In this document: positions 9,379 through 21,293 of the stretch, in pieces
Position numbering within the stretch: the first letter of the stretch is position 1
Layout: each line of letters opens with the position of its first letter
Origin: an uncultured Brevundimonas sp.
GTDB lineage: Bacteria > Pseudomonadota > Alphaproteobacteria > Caulobacterales > Caulobacteraceae
DNA length: 64,000 bases
NCBI GenBank assembly: GCA_964647275.1
Contig: CAZYFY010000005.1
Span: 46,723-110,722, forward strand
Direction of reading: 5' to 3'
Made by a program: the position numbers and the translations under genes
Notes under the pieces: generated by a model
What the model saw: the letters and a program-made list of their open reading frames with translations, nothing else
The model's database searches: none
What the model was told of the DNA's origin: nothing

Positions 9379-11291
9379 GGGGCGACCTCGGGGGCAACAT
9401 CGGGTTCGGGAGCCGGGGGCGCGTTCACGCGGGCCAGCAGTTCCGGGTCCTTGAGAATGAGGGTTCGCATGATCTCACGAGCCTTGGGCGCAGCAATCGC
9501 GCCGCCCGACCGACCGCCATGCTGAACGATGACCGAAATCGCATAGCGAGGATCATCGATCGGCCCATAGGCGATAAACAGATTGTGGTCGCGATCGGCC
9601 CAGTTGCCACCGCGCCCGCGACTAGCGGTCGTATAGTTGCGGACCTGCGCGGTGCCGGTCTTGCCGGCCAGGCGCATGTTGCCCAGCCCGAGTTGGCTGT
9701 TACGGAAACCGGTGCCACCAGCATCCGTCACCATCTCCATGCCTTCTTGCAGAACGCGGACCTTGTCGAAATCGTAGCCCAGGGGCTCGAACGTGCCTTG
9801 CGCTCTTTCGGTTTCCCCAACCGACTTGACCAGCCGTGGCATGACCTTCTGACGGCCGTTTGCCAACCTCGACACATAGACAGCCAACTGCAGGGCATTC
9901 ACCTCGAGATAGCCCTGTCCAATGCCGTAGCTCGGAGATTCGCCGGCGAACCACCTCTGGTTCTCGCCTTGAAAATTCTCACGCTTCCAGGCGCGATCGG
10001 GGACCAGGCCTCTGCGCTGCCCCCCCAGGCCAATCTCAAAGATTTGGCCGAAGCCCATGTTGCGAGCCACCTCACCAATTGGATCCGGCCCCATCTCGAC
10101 CGCCAGGGTCATGAAATAGACGTTGCAGGAGTTCTTGATGGCGTTGCGCATGTCTTGCGGACCGTGCCGTCCGGTACAGGCAAAACGACGACCGAGGTAA
10201 TAGCCCCCGTTGCAGACGATGATGCGGTTCGGATCCCCTCCCCGCAGCATATTGGCCATGCCGACAACGGGCTTGAACGTCGACCCGGGCGCGTAGGTGC
10301 CTCCCACCGCCTTGTCCAGCAACGGGTTGCGCTCATAGTCCGCCCAGGCGCGATAAATCACGCTCGGCACGCCGGACACGAACAGATTGGGGTCGAACGA
10401 CGGGGCCGAGGCCATACACAGGATGTCTCCGGTGCGGCAATCCATGGCCACGACCGCGCCTGACTCCTCCTCAAAGACTTCCAGCGCCCGGTTCTGGGCA
10501 TCGGCATCCAGCGTCAGAACAACTTCGTCGCCCGGCGTGGCGGCACGCGAACCATCCGCATCTTCGCCCCGAACACGGCCCTCGGCATCAACCTCAACGC
10601 GCTGATAGCCCGGACGCCCACGCAGCTCCTTGTCCAGCGACCGCTCGACGCCCTGCCGTCCGATACGGAAGCCGGGATGATAGAAGATGGCGGGCGGTTC
10701 CTCGCCTTCCTCGCGCACGGCCTCAACGTCGCGGTCCGACACCTTGGCCACATAGCCGACCGTATGGGCGAAGCTGCCGCCGAATGGATAGAAGCGGACC
10801 TCGTCCATGGTCGCCAGAACCCCCGGCAACTCGTTCACGAACAGACTGACGCGCGCAAACTCTTCCCAGGTCAGGTCGGTCTTGACCGGAACCGGCACGA
10901 AGCGCGGCGCGGCATTGACCTCGCGAATGATACGGCGGCGGCGCTCGGCGGTATCCGGCAGTAGTCGGGCGATCAGATCCAGCGTTGCATCCAGATCCTG
11001 GGTCACATCGCGCACCACCGAGACGGAGAAGCTCGGCCGATTCCCCGCAATCATCACACCATTGCGGTCGGTGATCACGCCACGCGGCGCGACCTGAAGG
11101 CGGTCATTGAACCGGTTCGCCACGGCAGCAGACGCATACCGCCTCTGGTCGATGATCTGGAGGTGCGCCAGGCGCGCGCCCAGAACGCCCAGACCGGCCA
11201 AGGCCACCCCGCCAAGCAAAAAGGTACGCCGCAGGAACGAACCCTGGCGCTCATTCACCTCATTGAACTGAATCGGCGTGTGGTCGCTCAT
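9375..11291 (-). CDS. mrdA: Penicillin-binding protein 2 (elongasome transpeptidase)
   Basis: N-terminal TM, PBP dimerisation region, and transpeptidase motifs STFKP, SCN, KTGTA. Position between mreD and rodA. Confidence 0.9.
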   Translation of the reverse strand: MSDHTPIQFNEVNERQGSFLRRTFLLGGVALAGLGVLGARLAHLQIIDQRRYASAAVANRFNDRLQVAPRGVITDRNGVMIAGNRPSFSVSVVRDVTQDLDATLDLIARLLPDTAERRRRIIREVNAAPRFVPVPVKTDLTWEEFARVSLFVNELPGVLATMDEVRFYPFGGSFAHTVGYVAKVSDRDVEAVREEGEEPPAIFYHPGFRIGRQGVERSLDKELRGRPGYQRVEVDAEGRVRGEDADGSRAATPGDEVVLTLDADAQNRALEVFEEESGAVVAMDCRTGDILCMASAPSFDPNLFVSGVPSVIYRAWADYERNPLLDKAVGGTYAPGSTFKPVVGMANMLRGGDPNRIIVCNGGYYLGRRFACTGRHGPQDMRNAIKNSCNVYFMTLAVEMGPDPIGEVARNMGFGQIFEIGLGGQRRGLVPDRAWKRENFQGENQRWFAGESPSYGIGQGYLEVNALQLAVYVSRLANGRQKVMPRLVKSVGETERAQGTFEPLGYDFDKVRVLQEGMEMVTDAGGTGFRNSQLGLGNMRLAGKTGTAQVRNYTTASRGRGGNWADRDHNLFIAYGPIDDPRYAISVIVQHGGRSGGAIAAPKAREIMRTLILKDPELLARVNAPPAPEPDVAPEVAP

Positions 11292-11824
11292 CGGAACCTC
11301 AGGTCCCCGTCGTCGAACCGATCAACCAGCCAATTCGCGGCTGGAAAAACCAGAATGGTCGGCAAAAACTGGAAGAACAGGGCAATCAGGCTCGGCGGCT
11401 GATGCGCCGCCATCGTCGTCACCAGATAGACCACAAAGAAGGCCAGCGACGTCACCCCGGAATACCAGGCGAACAGGAGCCGCGTATCCTGTCCGGCAAT
11501 GAACGGGCGGGACACCAGCACGACCGAATAGGCCGTCAACAATCCCATCGGCCAGAGCCCGAGGCGATTGCCCCAGAACAGGTCGACGATCAGCCCGACA
11601 ATCAGCAGGGCCAGCGGGGCCAGGACAGATGGGCGGATCAATGGCCAGGCAAAGGCCAGGACCATCGGCATGACCGGTTCCGGCAGGGTCAGGCCGAACA
11701 CCTTGATGGGCGTGGCCAGGATCAGCGTCGCCGCAAGAACTGCCAGCGCCGGCAAGAGAATCCACTGTTGGGGGCCGACGACCTTGACCGCAGCGGCCCG
11801 GCGGGCGGGCGCAACCCGCCTCAT
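11288..11824 (-). CDS. mreD: Rod shape-determining protein MreD
   Basis: Small polytopic membrane protein between mreC and mrdA, with 4-nt overlaps on both sides. Confidence 0.8.
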   Translation of the reverse strand: MRRVAPARRAAAVKVVGPQQWILLPALAVLAATLILATPIKVFGLTLPEPVMPMVLAFAWPLIRPSVLAPLALLIVGLIVDLFWGNRLGLWPMGLLTAYSVVLVSRPFIAGQDTRLLFAWYSGVTSLAFFVVYLVTTMAAHQPPSLIALFFQFLPTILVFPAANWLVDRFDDGDLRFR

Positions 11825-12909
11825 TCGGTTACCCCGTCAGTTGCGGGCGGTTGGGCGGCCTGGGCGGCCGCCTGTGCTGCGGCTTGACGCGCGCGGGTAT
11901 CAGCCGCTTCACGCTCACGCGCCTGACGCTCGGCTTCGGCGCGGCGTTCAGCTTCGGCTCGCCGGCGCCCCTGAGCGTCGTCAATGCGGGCGACAACCTC
12001 CGGGCTGGGCGGCGGAGCCGTATCAAGTCCGGCGAGCGGAGGAGAATCGAGCGTCGAGCCGTCGGCCAACTGCGAGAAATTGTCGAACCGCATGACGCGC
12101 ACAAAGTCGATGGCACCTCGGTCAGAGAACAGCTTCACCCGCCACGAGCCGTCAATGCCCCGAGCGACCACGCCGATCGGCAGACCGCGCGGCAGCAGGC
12201 CACCGTCGCCCGACGATAGAATACGGTCGCCGACCTCGACGGAATCATTGCCCCGCACGAACTCCAGCCGAGGGTTCCCCGACCCATCGCCGCGCATAAT
12301 GGCCCGTGCATCCGTCCGGTCGACCAGAATTGGGATCTGGCTCGTGACATCGGTGACGAGCAGCACCCGGCTGACAGAGCCCGAGACGCCCGTAACGCGC
12401 CCAACCAGCCCATGTTCATTGATGACCGGATTGCCGACCTCGACCCCGCGATCACGTCCGACGTCAATCAAACGGGCGCGGCGGAACGGTCCCCTCGCCT
12501 CCGACACCGATCGGGCGCTGACCAGCGGCACGTCCGGTTCGACCCGAATGCCCAACAACGCCTCATACTGGCTGTTTAGGTTGCGCAGAGCGACGACGGC
12601 GTCACGCTCGGCTCGCAGGGTCGCAAGTTCTTCACGCAGCCGCCGGTTCTCGCTCACGGCAAAGAAATAGTCGTCGACGTAGTCCGATATCTGCCCGAGC
12701 CAACGGACCGGGGCGGCAAAGACCCCGCCGACCGGTGCCGCGCCGGCCTCAAAGCCGCTACGCACAGAGGCATGACCGGGTTCATCGGCTTCGCTGCGGT
12801 CGCTGAGCAGCAGGAAAATTGCCAGCGCAATGGCAATCACTAGCGCACCGCCTGCGGACCAGCCCAGCGGCACCCTCAAATTCTCGAACGGCGACTCACG
12901 CAGCGACAC
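11821..12909 (-). CDS. mreC: Rod shape-determining protein MreC (with low-complexity A/E/R/Q C-terminal tail)
   Basis: GTG start, N-terminal TM, coiled-coil (LREELATLRAERD), beta-barrel core (VINEHGLVGRVTGVS...). Follows mreB. Confidence 0.85.
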   Translation of the reverse strand: MSLRESPFENLRVPLGWSAGGALVIAIALAIFLLLSDRSEADEPGHASVRSGFEAGAAPVGGVFAAPVRWLGQISDYVDDYFFAVSENRRLREELATLRAERDAVVALRNLNSQYEALLGIRVEPDVPLVSARSVSEARGPFRRARLIDVGRDRGVEVGNPVINEHGLVGRVTGVSGSVSRVLLVTDVTSQIPILVDRTDARAIMRGDGSGNPRLEFVRGNDSVEVGDRILSSGDGGLLPRGLPIGVVARGIDGSWRVKLFSDRGAIDFVRVMRFDNFSQLADGSTLDSPPLAGLDTAPPPSPEVVARIDDAQGRRRAEAERRAEAERQAREREAADTRARQAAAQAAAQAAQPPATDGVTE

Positions 12910-12956
12910 CGGGCAGCTCCCAAACGGAGTGAAGAACCCCGCCTACCATGAGTCCC

Positions 12957-14108
<1,152 letters not shown>

Positions 14109-14187
14109 TTAGCGGACTAGGGGTCCGTTTGCCCGTATGATGAACGGATTACAAGCCCCTCTCGCAGAAGGATTTGGTGACGCAAGG

Positions 14188-14799
14188 TCACACCTTCGCG
14201 ATCCCCTCCTGATCGAACACGCGCTGGACCGCCGGACGGGCCTGAACCGCGTCGAGGTGGGCGTTCATTCGTGGGAATTCTGCCGGATCCAGAAGACCAC
14301 CCTGACGTGCCCAACGCTCAAATACCATCAGGTAAGGATCGGCCGTCGTATAGGCGTCGCCCATGGCCCACGGCCCGATCAGCAGATGGTCCTCAACCAG
14401 GCGCAGCTTGGCCAGGGTCACCTCACGCTGAGCCGCCTTTTCGGCCTCACCCAGCGGATAGAACAACAGCTTGCCGATGTTGGGATGAACGGACGAACCG
14501 AGGAACCCATTGAACGAGGTCAGCTGAGCGGACGCCCAGGCGTCGTCGGTCGGCGCCAGGCCCGCCTCGGGGTGGGTCGCAGCCAGATAGGCCAGAATGG
14601 CGACGTTCTCCGTCAAGGGACCGTGCTCCGTCAGAAGCACCGGGGTCGAGCCCTTTGGACTCATGGCCAGAAACTCAGGCCGCTTCTGCTCACCGGCCTT
14701 CAGATTGACCGCCTCCAGCTCATAGGGCGCGCCGATTTCCTCAAGGACGATGTGGCCGGCCAGCGAGCAGGCACCGGTCGAATAATACAGCTTGTTCAT
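14188..14799 (-). CDS. Glutathione S-transferase
   Basis: MNKLYYSTGACSLAGHIVLEEIGAPYELEAVNLKAGEQ... resembles beta-class GST. Start trimmed to the ATG at 14799. Confidence 0.8.
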   Translation of the reverse strand: MNKLYYSTGACSLAGHIVLEEIGAPYELEAVNLKAGEQKRPEFLAMSPKGSTPVLLTEHGPLTENVAILAYLAATHPEAGLAPTDDAWASAQLTSFNGFLGSSVHPNIGKLLFYPLGEAEKAAQREVTLAKLRLVEDHLLIGPWAMGDAYTTADPYLMVFERWARQGGLLDPAEFPRMNAHLDAVQARPAVQRVFDQEGIAKV

Positions 14800-14846
14800 G
14801 GGAGACTCCTGAATGTTCCTTCTAGGTAGGAGCCGCCGGCAAACGG

Positions 14847-15596
14847 TCAAGCTCCCACATCATCGATCTCAAGACCGGTTTCGACTTCGCGTCCGGCCCG
14901 GCGTCGACGGATCCACTCGCGTACCGCCAGCATCAGGACCAGCCACAGGGCCGCAGCCCCGGCCAGAAGCACCGAATGCCAGATGCCGTCGCCTTGGACC
15001 GCAGAGAAGACCGCGCCGCCGAAAAAGGCGACCAGCGCCGTCTTGGGCAGGACGCCGAGCGCGCACCCCGCCAGAAAGGCCCAGAAATTCGCCCGCGTCG
15101 CCCCGAACGCCATGTTGACCACGATGAACGGGGCCGACGGGACGTTGCGAATGACGAAGCTGGCGTAAAAGGCATTGCGTCCGACAAACCGCTTCAGGCG
15201 CTCGATTGTGCGGCTTCCCAGCCGATCCAGCAGGCGCGCCGTGGGGCCCCGCCCCAGCCAGTAGGTAACGCCGGCTGAAATCACCGTCGCGGCCCAGCTG
15301 TACCAGAACCCCAGCGAGGGCCCGAACGCGACAACACAGGCGGCAATCAGGATGAACTGGGGGGCCCCCAGAAACGCCGAAACGACAAACAGCAACACCG
15401 TCACCGCAAAGGCCCAGGGGCTGCCCGAATACCCCTGTAGCCAATGTTCCATCCGGGCCTCGGCTTCGACCCCCAGACTGGATTTGCCGACCAGGAACAT
15501 GATGACCACGACCGCCAGCAGCACCGCTGTCACCGCCGCTGTGCGCCAGCGGCGGGAGTCCATTTCGGTCAGGAAGGCGAGGATGCGCGAAAGCAT
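14847..15596 (-). CDS. TVP38/TMEM64 (DedA-related, VTT domain) membrane protein
   Basis: Polytopic membrane protein with FGPSLGFWYSWAATVISAGVTYWLGR and NVPSAPFIVVNMAFG, typical of the VTT domain. Confidence 0.65.
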   Translation of the reverse strand: MLSRILAFLTEMDSRRWRTAAVTAVLLAVVVIMFLVGKSSLGVEAEARMEHWLQGYSGSPWAFAVTVLLFVVSAFLGAPQFILIAACVVAFGPSLGFWYSWAATVISAGVTYWLGRGPTARLLDRLGSRTIERLKRFVGRNAFYASFVIRNVPSAPFIVVNMAFGATRANFWAFLAGCALGVLPKTALVAFFGGAVFSAVQGDGIWHSVLLAGAAALWLVLMLAVREWIRRRRAGREVETGLEIDDVGA

Positions 15597-15636
15597 GGTC
15601 AGGACTTAGCGCGGCGATGGGCGCGCGAGAAGACGC

Positions 15637-16698
15637 TCACTCTTCCTGTGGAACGGGTGGACTGACCGCCATGCTGGAAAGACGCCACGCTCCCGCGGTG
15701 TCCCGTGTCCAGGTCTGACGCATGGCGAATACTGATCCCTGCGACTCGATGGACCCCGAAACCCAAACCGAGCCGCCGGACCCCTCCAACGATTGGGCCC
15801 AAGCATCTCCATCGCCGAGTCTCTCGGCCATGTCATCCCGTGCCGCAGAGCCAGTTAGCCGCGCTTGCTGATCCCATTCCAAAACAAAATCGGGTGTCGT
15901 CAAGGTCGCCAAGGCACCAGCAGACTGCCTCACCGGACCATCCAGAAGGCTGGCAACCTCGGCAGCGGCGCTGCGGTTCCCCCCCAGACTAAGGCATCGG
16001 GCAAGTCTGGCTGACTCGTTGCGATAGTATTCTGGATCGAGGTGATTGCAGAACGCAAACCCGTTGACGGCAAGCTCTGAGAATCGAAACGCGGCCTCAA
16101 AGAGATCGTCAGACAGGCAGGCGCTGCGACGCAGCACCTGAATGCGATCGTCATCAAAAACTTCAATAACCGTGCTCCAGCCATGCACACAAATTGTGAT
16201 CTCCTCGACCCCGTTCGCATCGACCCTTGTTGGTAGATCGCCATGATCGAGCTCTGGATCAGCATCCCGCGCCAGTTCGATCAACTCTTCTGCCCGCTCG
16301 ACGGCCCAATAGGTTGCCGAGCGTTCAAGTGATCTGACAACAAAGGTGTCGGACTGCGCGCGCAGTCCTCGAACTCCAAAGACGGCTATCGGCCCTTCTC
16401 GCCGGTCTTCAGACTCGCGCCAGAGAACTGAGACCGCCGGCATTAGTCGCCCGTAGCCGTCGAGGGTGAATACGCGGACACCTCGTAGTCCTGACGCTTG
16501 GACATCGCCAGCAGGAGCCATCTCCAGCAGGGCAGATACCTCGCGCCAACGATCCAACTCGCAGGACACGTGGCCGGAGGCGTTCACGCGGTCGTCAGCA
16601 GGATATTCCGCCTGCGCAAAGGTTGGCGAGGCAATAGCCCAGATGATCCAGCCCATACTGGCGATCACGTTGAAGCGCGCCGCTCCAAGCAATTGCAT
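15637..16698 (-). CDS. Hypothetical secreted protein (lower-GC islet)
   Basis: Signal-like MQLLGAARFNVIASMGWIIWAIASPTFAQA. No recognisable domain. Composition is visibly more AT-rich than the flanks. Confidence 0.5.
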   Translation of the reverse strand: MQLLGAARFNVIASMGWIIWAIASPTFAQAEYPADDRVNASGHVSCELDRWREVSALLEMAPAGDVQASGLRGVRVFTLDGYGRLMPAVSVLWRESEDRREGPIAVFGVRGLRAQSDTFVVRSLERSATYWAVERAEELIELARDADPELDHGDLPTRVDANGVEEITICVHGWSTVIEVFDDDRIQVLRRSACLSDDLFEAAFRFSELAVNGFAFCNHLDPEYYRNESARLARCLSLGGNRSAAAEVASLLDGPVRQSAGALATLTTPDFVLEWDQQARLTGSAARDDMAERLGDGDAWAQSLEGSGGSVWVSGSIESQGSVFAMRQTWTRDTAGAWRLSSMAVSPPVPQEE

Positions 16699-16728
16699 CT
16701 TCCGTCCTCCGAGCCGCACCACCCTGGC

Positions 16729-17127
16729 CTACAACGCGCGGAAAGTCGCCCCGACCTCCATCTCGCCGCTGATGGCAACAGTGCAACTGCGTCCATCTTC
16801 AAGGGGTTGGCAGCCGACCCAGTCGACCGTCCAATCCCGCCCGAAGGTGCCCGCCTGCTGTGCGGTCAGAATGATCGGCGTATTGCGGCGGCCGCGTAGC
16901 CAGCATTGCCGATAGGGGCCGGGTGTCGTGTCAAAGCGCCGGTCGCCGCAATTCATGGCCGGGTCGGCGCTGACAACCAGATCGGAGGCAGAGTCTGTCC
17001 CAGCCAGATTCACCCTCAGCCGATAGTCAAAATAAGAGCCGACCACGATGACATCGGCCACGCGCGTCGGCGCAACCGGGTCCTCAATCTGGGCCATCAA
17101 GGCGGCCGAGAGGGCAAGAGCAAGCAT
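16729..17127 (-). CDS. Hypothetical small secreted protein (lower-GC islet)
   Basis: Short signal MLALALSAALMA and four Cys. Directly upstream of 15637..16698 on the same strand. Confidence 0.45.
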   Translation of the reverse strand: MLALALSAALMAQIEDPVAPTRVADVIVVGSYFDYRLRVNLAGTDSASDLVVSADPAMNCGDRRFDTTPGPYRQCWLRGRRNTPIILTAQQAGTFGRDWTVDWVGCQPLEDGRSCTVAISGEMEVGATFRAL

Positions 17128-17185
17128 TTGGATTCGTCCGACTGTTTGTACGGCTCACATTGCGCGTGCCAGCTGTGCCGCGTAA

Positions 17186-18433
<1,248 letters not shown>

Positions 18434-18439
18434 TCCCCA

Positions 18440-19459
18440 ATGATCTGGGCAGTTCTGGCCACCGTCCTCCTGACCGGCATCACCACCGTCATCCTGTCAA
18501 AGGTTGGGCCGGTCGATCACCCGCGTGATCGGGGCCTCAGCATCTGGTCAACGGCCACGGCGGGCGGGCTGGCGGTCATCGGGGCGGTGATGGCCGGCGT
18601 CATGTTGTATGTGGCCATCGACCTGCCACCGCCTGGGCCGGGTCTGACGGTATGGCTCCTGCTTGGGGCCTGCATTGTCGGGTTCCTCGGGGCGATTGAC
18701 GACGTCCTTGATGTACCGGCCCTGCCCAAGCTGATCGTTCAGATCGTCGTCGCCGTCGCCTTTTCCATTCTGGTCGCGCGCGTCGAGGTGTTGCCGCTCG
18801 CGCCTGGCCTCGAAGTCGATTTGGGCCCGATCCTGGGCGTTATCGGCACGGCGCTCTGGCTCGTGGTGGTGATGAACGCCTACAACTTCATGGATGGGTC
18901 AGACGGCCTGGCCGTCGGCGTTCAATCCATCGGTCTGTTTACGCTGGCGCTGGTCAATCCCGACCGGCCGATCCTGGCATTTGCCCTGCTGGCGGCCTCA
19001 ATCTCGAACCTGGCCTTCCTCCCTTACAATCATCCCGGCAAGCGCATTTTTCAGGGGGATTGCGGAGCCCTCTTCTCCAGCTTTCTGATTGCCGGGGCTT
19101 CAGTTCTTCTGGCCACTGGTCCAAATCCGCGCGCGACCATGTATCTCGGAGCCTTCGTCGCCGCCCCCCTGTTGGTCGATGTGCTTCTGACCTTGCTGCG
19201 CCGGGCGCTGGCCAGGCGCCCGCTGTTCAAGGCCCATACCGAGCACCTCTATCAACGCTGGCTGATTGCCAGTGATCGTCCTCCCGGTGCCCTCGCCTGG
19301 AGGGTCTGGGTGCTGACAGCGGCGTGCGCGGGCCTCGGCTATGCTGTGAACAGTCTCGCTGCGGACTGGAGCCTCGCAGCGCTGATCGGCTTGATCCTGC
19401 TTCTGAGCCTGGGCTGGTACCGCCTCGGGGCCAGGCTGGACAATCCTGACGTCAGGTAG
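18440..19459 (+). CDS. Glycosyltransferase family 4 (MraY/WecA-like polyprenyl-phosphate sugar-1-phosphate transferase)
   Basis: Polytopic protein with NAYNFMDGSDGLA and GDCGALF motifs. Confidence 0.8.
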   Translation: MIWAVLATVLLTGITTVILSKVGPVDHPRDRGLSIWSTATAGGLAVIGAVMAGVMLYVAIDLPPPGPGLTVWLLLGACIVGFLGAIDDVLDVPALPKLIVQIVVAVAFSILVARVEVLPLAPGLEVDLGPILGVIGTALWLVVVMNAYNFMDGSDGLAVGVQSIGLFTLALVNPDRPILAFALLAASISNLAFLPYNHPGKRIFQGDCGALFSSFLIAGASVLLATGPNPRATMYLGAFVAAPLLVDVLLTLLRRALARRPLFKAHTEHLYQRWLIASDRPPGALAWRVWVLTAACAGLGYAVNSLAADWSLAALIGLILLLSLGWYRLGARLDNPDVR

Positions 19460-20477
19460 ACCGGCTGACGGCGAAGTCCGCCAACTCCAGCAGAGCCGTC
19501 TTCCACGGGCCGTCTTCGAAACGGTCCAGTGCAGCCTTGGCCGTGTCGGCGTAGGCCCCCGCCAGGTCCAGGGTTGAACCCAGGGCCCCGGTCCCGATGA
19601 CCAGTTCCCTGGCACGCCGGAAATCATCGTCCGTCTGGTCGCGCTTGCCGACTGTGCGCGCCCAGAACGCCTCTTCGCGTCCGCGTGTCCGCTGGACCGC
19701 GAGCAAGAGCGGCAACGTCGCCTTGCCTTCCCGGAAATCGTCACCTGCGTCCTTGCCGAGGGCGTCGCTGGCACCGCCATAGTCGAGCGCATCGTCCGAA
19801 AGCTGGAACGCCAGGCCCAGGTTCTCTCCGTAAACCCGCATGGCCTCGACCTGCTCTGCGGTCCCGCCGGAGGCCAGCGCCCCGGATTCAGCGGCGGCCG
19901 AGAACAAGGCCGCCGTCTTGGCCGCGATGATCTGGATGTACACCTCTTGCGGCAGGTTGAGGTCATGCGCTCGCGTCAGCTGCAGGACCTCCCCTTCGGC
20001 AATCACCGCAGAGGCATTGGCGAGCAGTCTCAGGGCCGGCATTGATCCCGCATCGACCATCAGGTCGAAGGCCCGCGTGAACAGGAAGTCGCCGACCAGG
20101 ACGCTTTGGGCCGACCCCCAGATCAGATGCGCCGCAGCCTTGCCCCGGCGGGTCCTGGATCCATCGACGATGTCATCGTGCAGAAGCGTGGCCGTGTGAA
20201 TGAACTCGACAGCCGCTGCCAGCTTCTGGTGTGCGTCGCCGTCAGCCCCAACCAGCCGGGCCGCCGCCACGGCCACCAGCGGGCGCAACCGCTTGCCCCC
20301 GGCCGCGATCAGGTGCTCTGCCAGGGCTGGAATGACCTCGACGTCGCTCTGCATCCGCTCGCGAATTAGCCCATCGATGACCGCCATATCGGCCGCGCCC
20401 AATGCGACCAGCGCATCGACGCTCCCCGAGGCTCTTGCGGCGCGGGCCGTGACAGGGTCCAAACGTAAGCTCCACAT
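19452..20477 (-). CDS. ispB: Polyprenyl (octaprenyl) diphosphate synthase
   Basis: GGKRLRP, LHDDIVDGSRTRRG (DDxxD) and the second Asp-rich motif SDDALD. Start set at the ATG at 20477; the 589-aa track ORF is an artefactual N-terminal extension. Confidence 0.9.
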   Translation of the reverse strand: MWSLRLDPVTARAARASGSVDALVALGAADMAVIDGLIRERMQSDVEVIPALAEHLIAAGGKRLRPLVAVAAARLVGADGDAHQKLAAAVEFIHTATLLHDDIVDGSRTRRGKAAAHLIWGSAQSVLVGDFLFTRAFDLMVDAGSMPALRLLANASAVIAEGEVLQLTRAHDLNLPQEVYIQIIAAKTAALFSAAAESGALASGGTAEQVEAMRVYGENLGLAFQLSDDALDYGGASDALGKDAGDDFREGKATLPLLLAVQRTRGREEAFWARTVGKRDQTDDDFRRARELVIGTGALGSTLDLAGAYADTAKAALDRFEDGPWKTALLELADFAVSRST

Positions 20478-20531
20478 ATGCCGTTGATTGGAGTGAATCC
20501 CTTCCCGGCGCTTGCAGCAGGGTCTAGCCGA

Positions 20532-21275
20532 ATGGACCAAGAGGTTAAAGAGGATCGACTTCTGGATGGTCGCGTGCGTGTCCAACAGCCCACGCGCGGC
20601 TATCGCGCCGGCATGGACGCCGCCCTCCTTGCTGCGGCCTGCCCGGCCGGCCCGTCTGACCGCGTGATCGAGGCCGGCAGCGGGGTCGGCGCGGTGTTGC
20701 TCCAGGTCGCCGCCCGTCGCCCCGGTGCGTCCCTCGTCGGCATCGAACGCGCTGAGGCGGCGGTCGCTCTCGCCCGGACAAACATCCTGACAAACCAGAT
20801 GTCCAAACGAATCGAGGTTCGCCACGGCGATATCGCCAATGGGTTTCGCCCTCTTGATCTGCCGGTCTTTGACTGGGCGATCAGCAATCCGCCCTTCTTT
20901 GACGACGCGAATCGACTGCGGGGCCCCGCGCCCGAACGCCGGGGTGCCTGGATTGCGGATGACGGCCTGGCGGCATGGACGACCTTTCTCGGCAAGGCCG
21001 TACGGGAGAGCGGGACGATTGTGATGATCCATCGCGCCGACGCGCTTGCAGAGATCCTTGCCCAACTGGCTCCCAAGGCGGGCTCGTTCCAGATCCTGCC
21101 CGTCCACCCCTTCGCCGATCAACCTGCCAAGCGTGTGATCGTTCGGGCCACAAAGTCGGGAAAGGCCCCGCTCCAGGTCCTGCCCGGTCTGGTGTTGCAC
21201 GACCATTCTGGGGCCAAACACACGCCTCAGGCTGAAGCCCTCCTGCGAGGGCAGGCCGAGATCAGCTGGCGCTAG
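20532..21275 (+). CDS. N6-adenine-type SAM-dependent methyltransferase (tRNA1(Val) m6A37 methyltransferase-like)
   Basis: VIEAGSGVGAV (motif I) and ISNPPFF (NPPF catalytic motif). Divergent from ispB. Confidence 0.75.
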   Translation: MDQEVKEDRLLDGRVRVQQPTRGYRAGMDAALLAAACPAGPSDRVIEAGSGVGAVLLQVAARRPGASLVGIERAEAAVALARTNILTNQMSKRIEVRHGDIANGFRPLDLPVFDWAISNPPFFDDANRLRGPAPERRGAWIADDGLAAWTTFLGKAVRESGTIVMIHRADALAEILAQLAPKAGSFQILPVHPFADQPAKRVIVRATKSGKAPLQVLPGLVLHDHSGAKHTPQAEALLRGQAEISWR

Positions 21276-21293
21276 GCCGCCCGAAACAGGCCG

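Noticed and set aside
9519-10463. 314-aa plus-strand ORF over mrdA
   Set aside because: It is antisense to PBP2, which has clear transpeptidase motifs.
11821-12000. Low-complexity AEAERRAEAERQAREREA...AAQAAAQAAQ tail of MreC
   Set aside because: This is a compositionally biased linker or tail in an otherwise ordinary MreC. It is not a separate feature.
20478-21221. N-terminal 248 aa of the 589-aa track ORF 19452..21221
   Set aside because: Polyprenyl synthase homology starts at the ATG at 20477. The extension is antisense to a methyltransferase gene that has an NPPF motif.
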